Made by a program: the position numbers and the translations under genes. From Gammaproteobacteria bacterium (GTDB lineage Bacteria > Pseudomonadota > Gammaproteobacteria > Pseudomonadales > UBA7434), in NCBI GenBank assembly GCA_024280785.1, contig JAJRPK010000036.1:1-37108 (forward strand): a stretch of 37,108 nucleotides of DNA, given 5' to 3'. The notes beneath the pieces are model-generated. The model saw only the letters and a program-made list of their open reading frames with translations. It had not been told where the DNA came from and did no database searches. Position 1 is the first letter of the stretch, and the number at the start of each line of letters is the position of its first letter. Positions 36,176 through 37,108 of this stretch are shown piece by piece.

Positions 36176-37108
36176 ATGTCTCAATGTCCTTTTGCAAACA
36201 TATTGGATCCGGCGTATCTAGGTAATGGATACAAAGGAGACGACGTTGCGGAAATTCGTGCAGCTGGCCCAGCTGTAAAAATCGATGATCCTTCTACCGG
36301 CGTTCCTTACTGGGCAATCACGCGTCAATCGGCGACTGATTTTGTTTCGAAGAATAACGATCTATTTTCATCGCAGTTGCGTTCCGCAATACCGATGGAG
36401 CATTCCCAAGAGATGGTGGATGACGTCCATAGTCATATGTTTATCAATCTTGATCCGCCTCTCAACCTCGATTACCGCAAGCTGATTCGCGATCACTTTA
36501 CGCCAGCCGCGTGCGCCACCTACGAGCCACGTGCAAGAAAATATGCCAAAGCAATTGTCGATAGGGTGATCGACAAAGGCGAATGCGAGTTTGTGACCGA
36601 TATCGCGGCGGAACTGCCACTGTTAATGATCCTCGACTTTTTCGACATTCCGGCCGAGGACAGGCACAAGATTTTTGAGTGGACCAATCAGATGATGTTC
36701 TCCGATGATCCAGAGCTTCCTAACGGAAAAGAACTTGCCGATACTGCCTCGTTTGAACTTATACTGTATGGCAATCAGCTGGCGGCCAAATGGCGTAACA
36801 GCGATGTGAAAAATGTGAGTAGCCAATTATTGAATGGTGTTATCAATGGGGAGCCCGTTTCCGACGAAACCTTTAGCTGGATTTTCTTGATGATTATTGT
36901 TGCGGGTAATGAAAGTACGCGAACCACGATCACACACGGTATGCGTAATCTGATGGAAAACCCAGACCAGTACCGCTACCTGCAAGAAAATATCGATAAA
37001 CTCGATAACGCTATTTACGAAATCTTGCGCTATAACCCACCTTTTATTTGTATGCGCCGCACTGCTACACAGGACATCACTGTGCCAGAGCTGGATAACG
37101 CACCGATC
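36176..37108 (+). CDS. Cytochrome P450 monooxygenase (5' partial view; runs off the right edge)
   Basis: My translation from ATG 36176 stays open for 311 codons to the window end: MSQCPFANILDP..., FINLDPPLNLDYRKLI (the DPPxHxxxR-type block) and the I-helix IIVAGNESTRTTI (AGxxT). It is absent from the ORF track because it has no stop in the window. Confidence 0.9.
   Translation, partial: MSQCPFANILDPAYLGNGYKGDDVAEIRAAGPAVKIDDPSTGVPYWAITRQSATDFVSKNNDLFSSQLRSAIPMEHSQEMVDDVHSHMFINLDPPLNLDYRKLIRDHFTPAACATYEPRARKYAKAIVDRVIDKGECEFVTDIAAELPLLMILDFFDIPAEDRHKIFEWTNQMMFSDDPELPNGKELADTASFELILYGNQLAAKWRNSDVKNVSSQLLNGVINGEPVSDETFSWIFLMIIVAGNESTRTTITHGMRNLMENPDQYRYLQENIDKLDNAIYEILRYNPPFICMRRTATQDITVPELDNAPI

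Overview
Chromosomal window from a Gram-negative, gammaproteobacterium-like genome. The ubiE-ubiJ-ubiB-hisI-hisE-tatABC order matches Pseudomonas-type lineages. From left to right it contains four blocks. (1) ilvE. (2) A roughly 20 kb lipid A / LPS-core-type glycan locus. It holds an lpxL-family acyltransferase, a GT4, a TagF-like glycerophosphotransferase, three GT2s, WbqC plus a WecE-type aminotransferase, a methyltransferase + PhyH-type dioxygenase + hexapeptide acyltransferase operon, three poorly characterised genes (one a two-domain glycosyltransferase), msbA, a truncated rfbD stub and rfbB-rfbA-rfbC. No wzx/wzy/wzm/wzt/waaL is present in the window. (3) A compact GT4 / methyltransferase / alpha-alpha-toroid / methyltransferase cassette next to a divergent acyl-CoA synthetase. 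This is my top candidate for an undescribed system, because its gene content mirrors mycobacterial methylmannose-polysaccharide clusters. (4) The conserved housekeeping block tatCBA-hisE-hisI-ubiB-ubiJ-ubiE-DUF971 on the minus strand, followed by a lipid-catabolism-looking region (SDR, family III CoA-transferase/racemase, and a cytochrome P450 running off the right edge). That last region shows clear decay: an FAD-protein N-terminal stub ending in a 14-bp tandem repeat, an SDR frameshifted in a homopolymer, a beta-helix protein C-terminal remnant, and the 3' half of a CAU-anticodon tRNA. I saw no CRISPR array, rRNA, intact tRNA, transposase or integrase. All functional calls rest on motif recognition by eye from the supplied translations and my own re-translation of selected stretches; no database search was possible.
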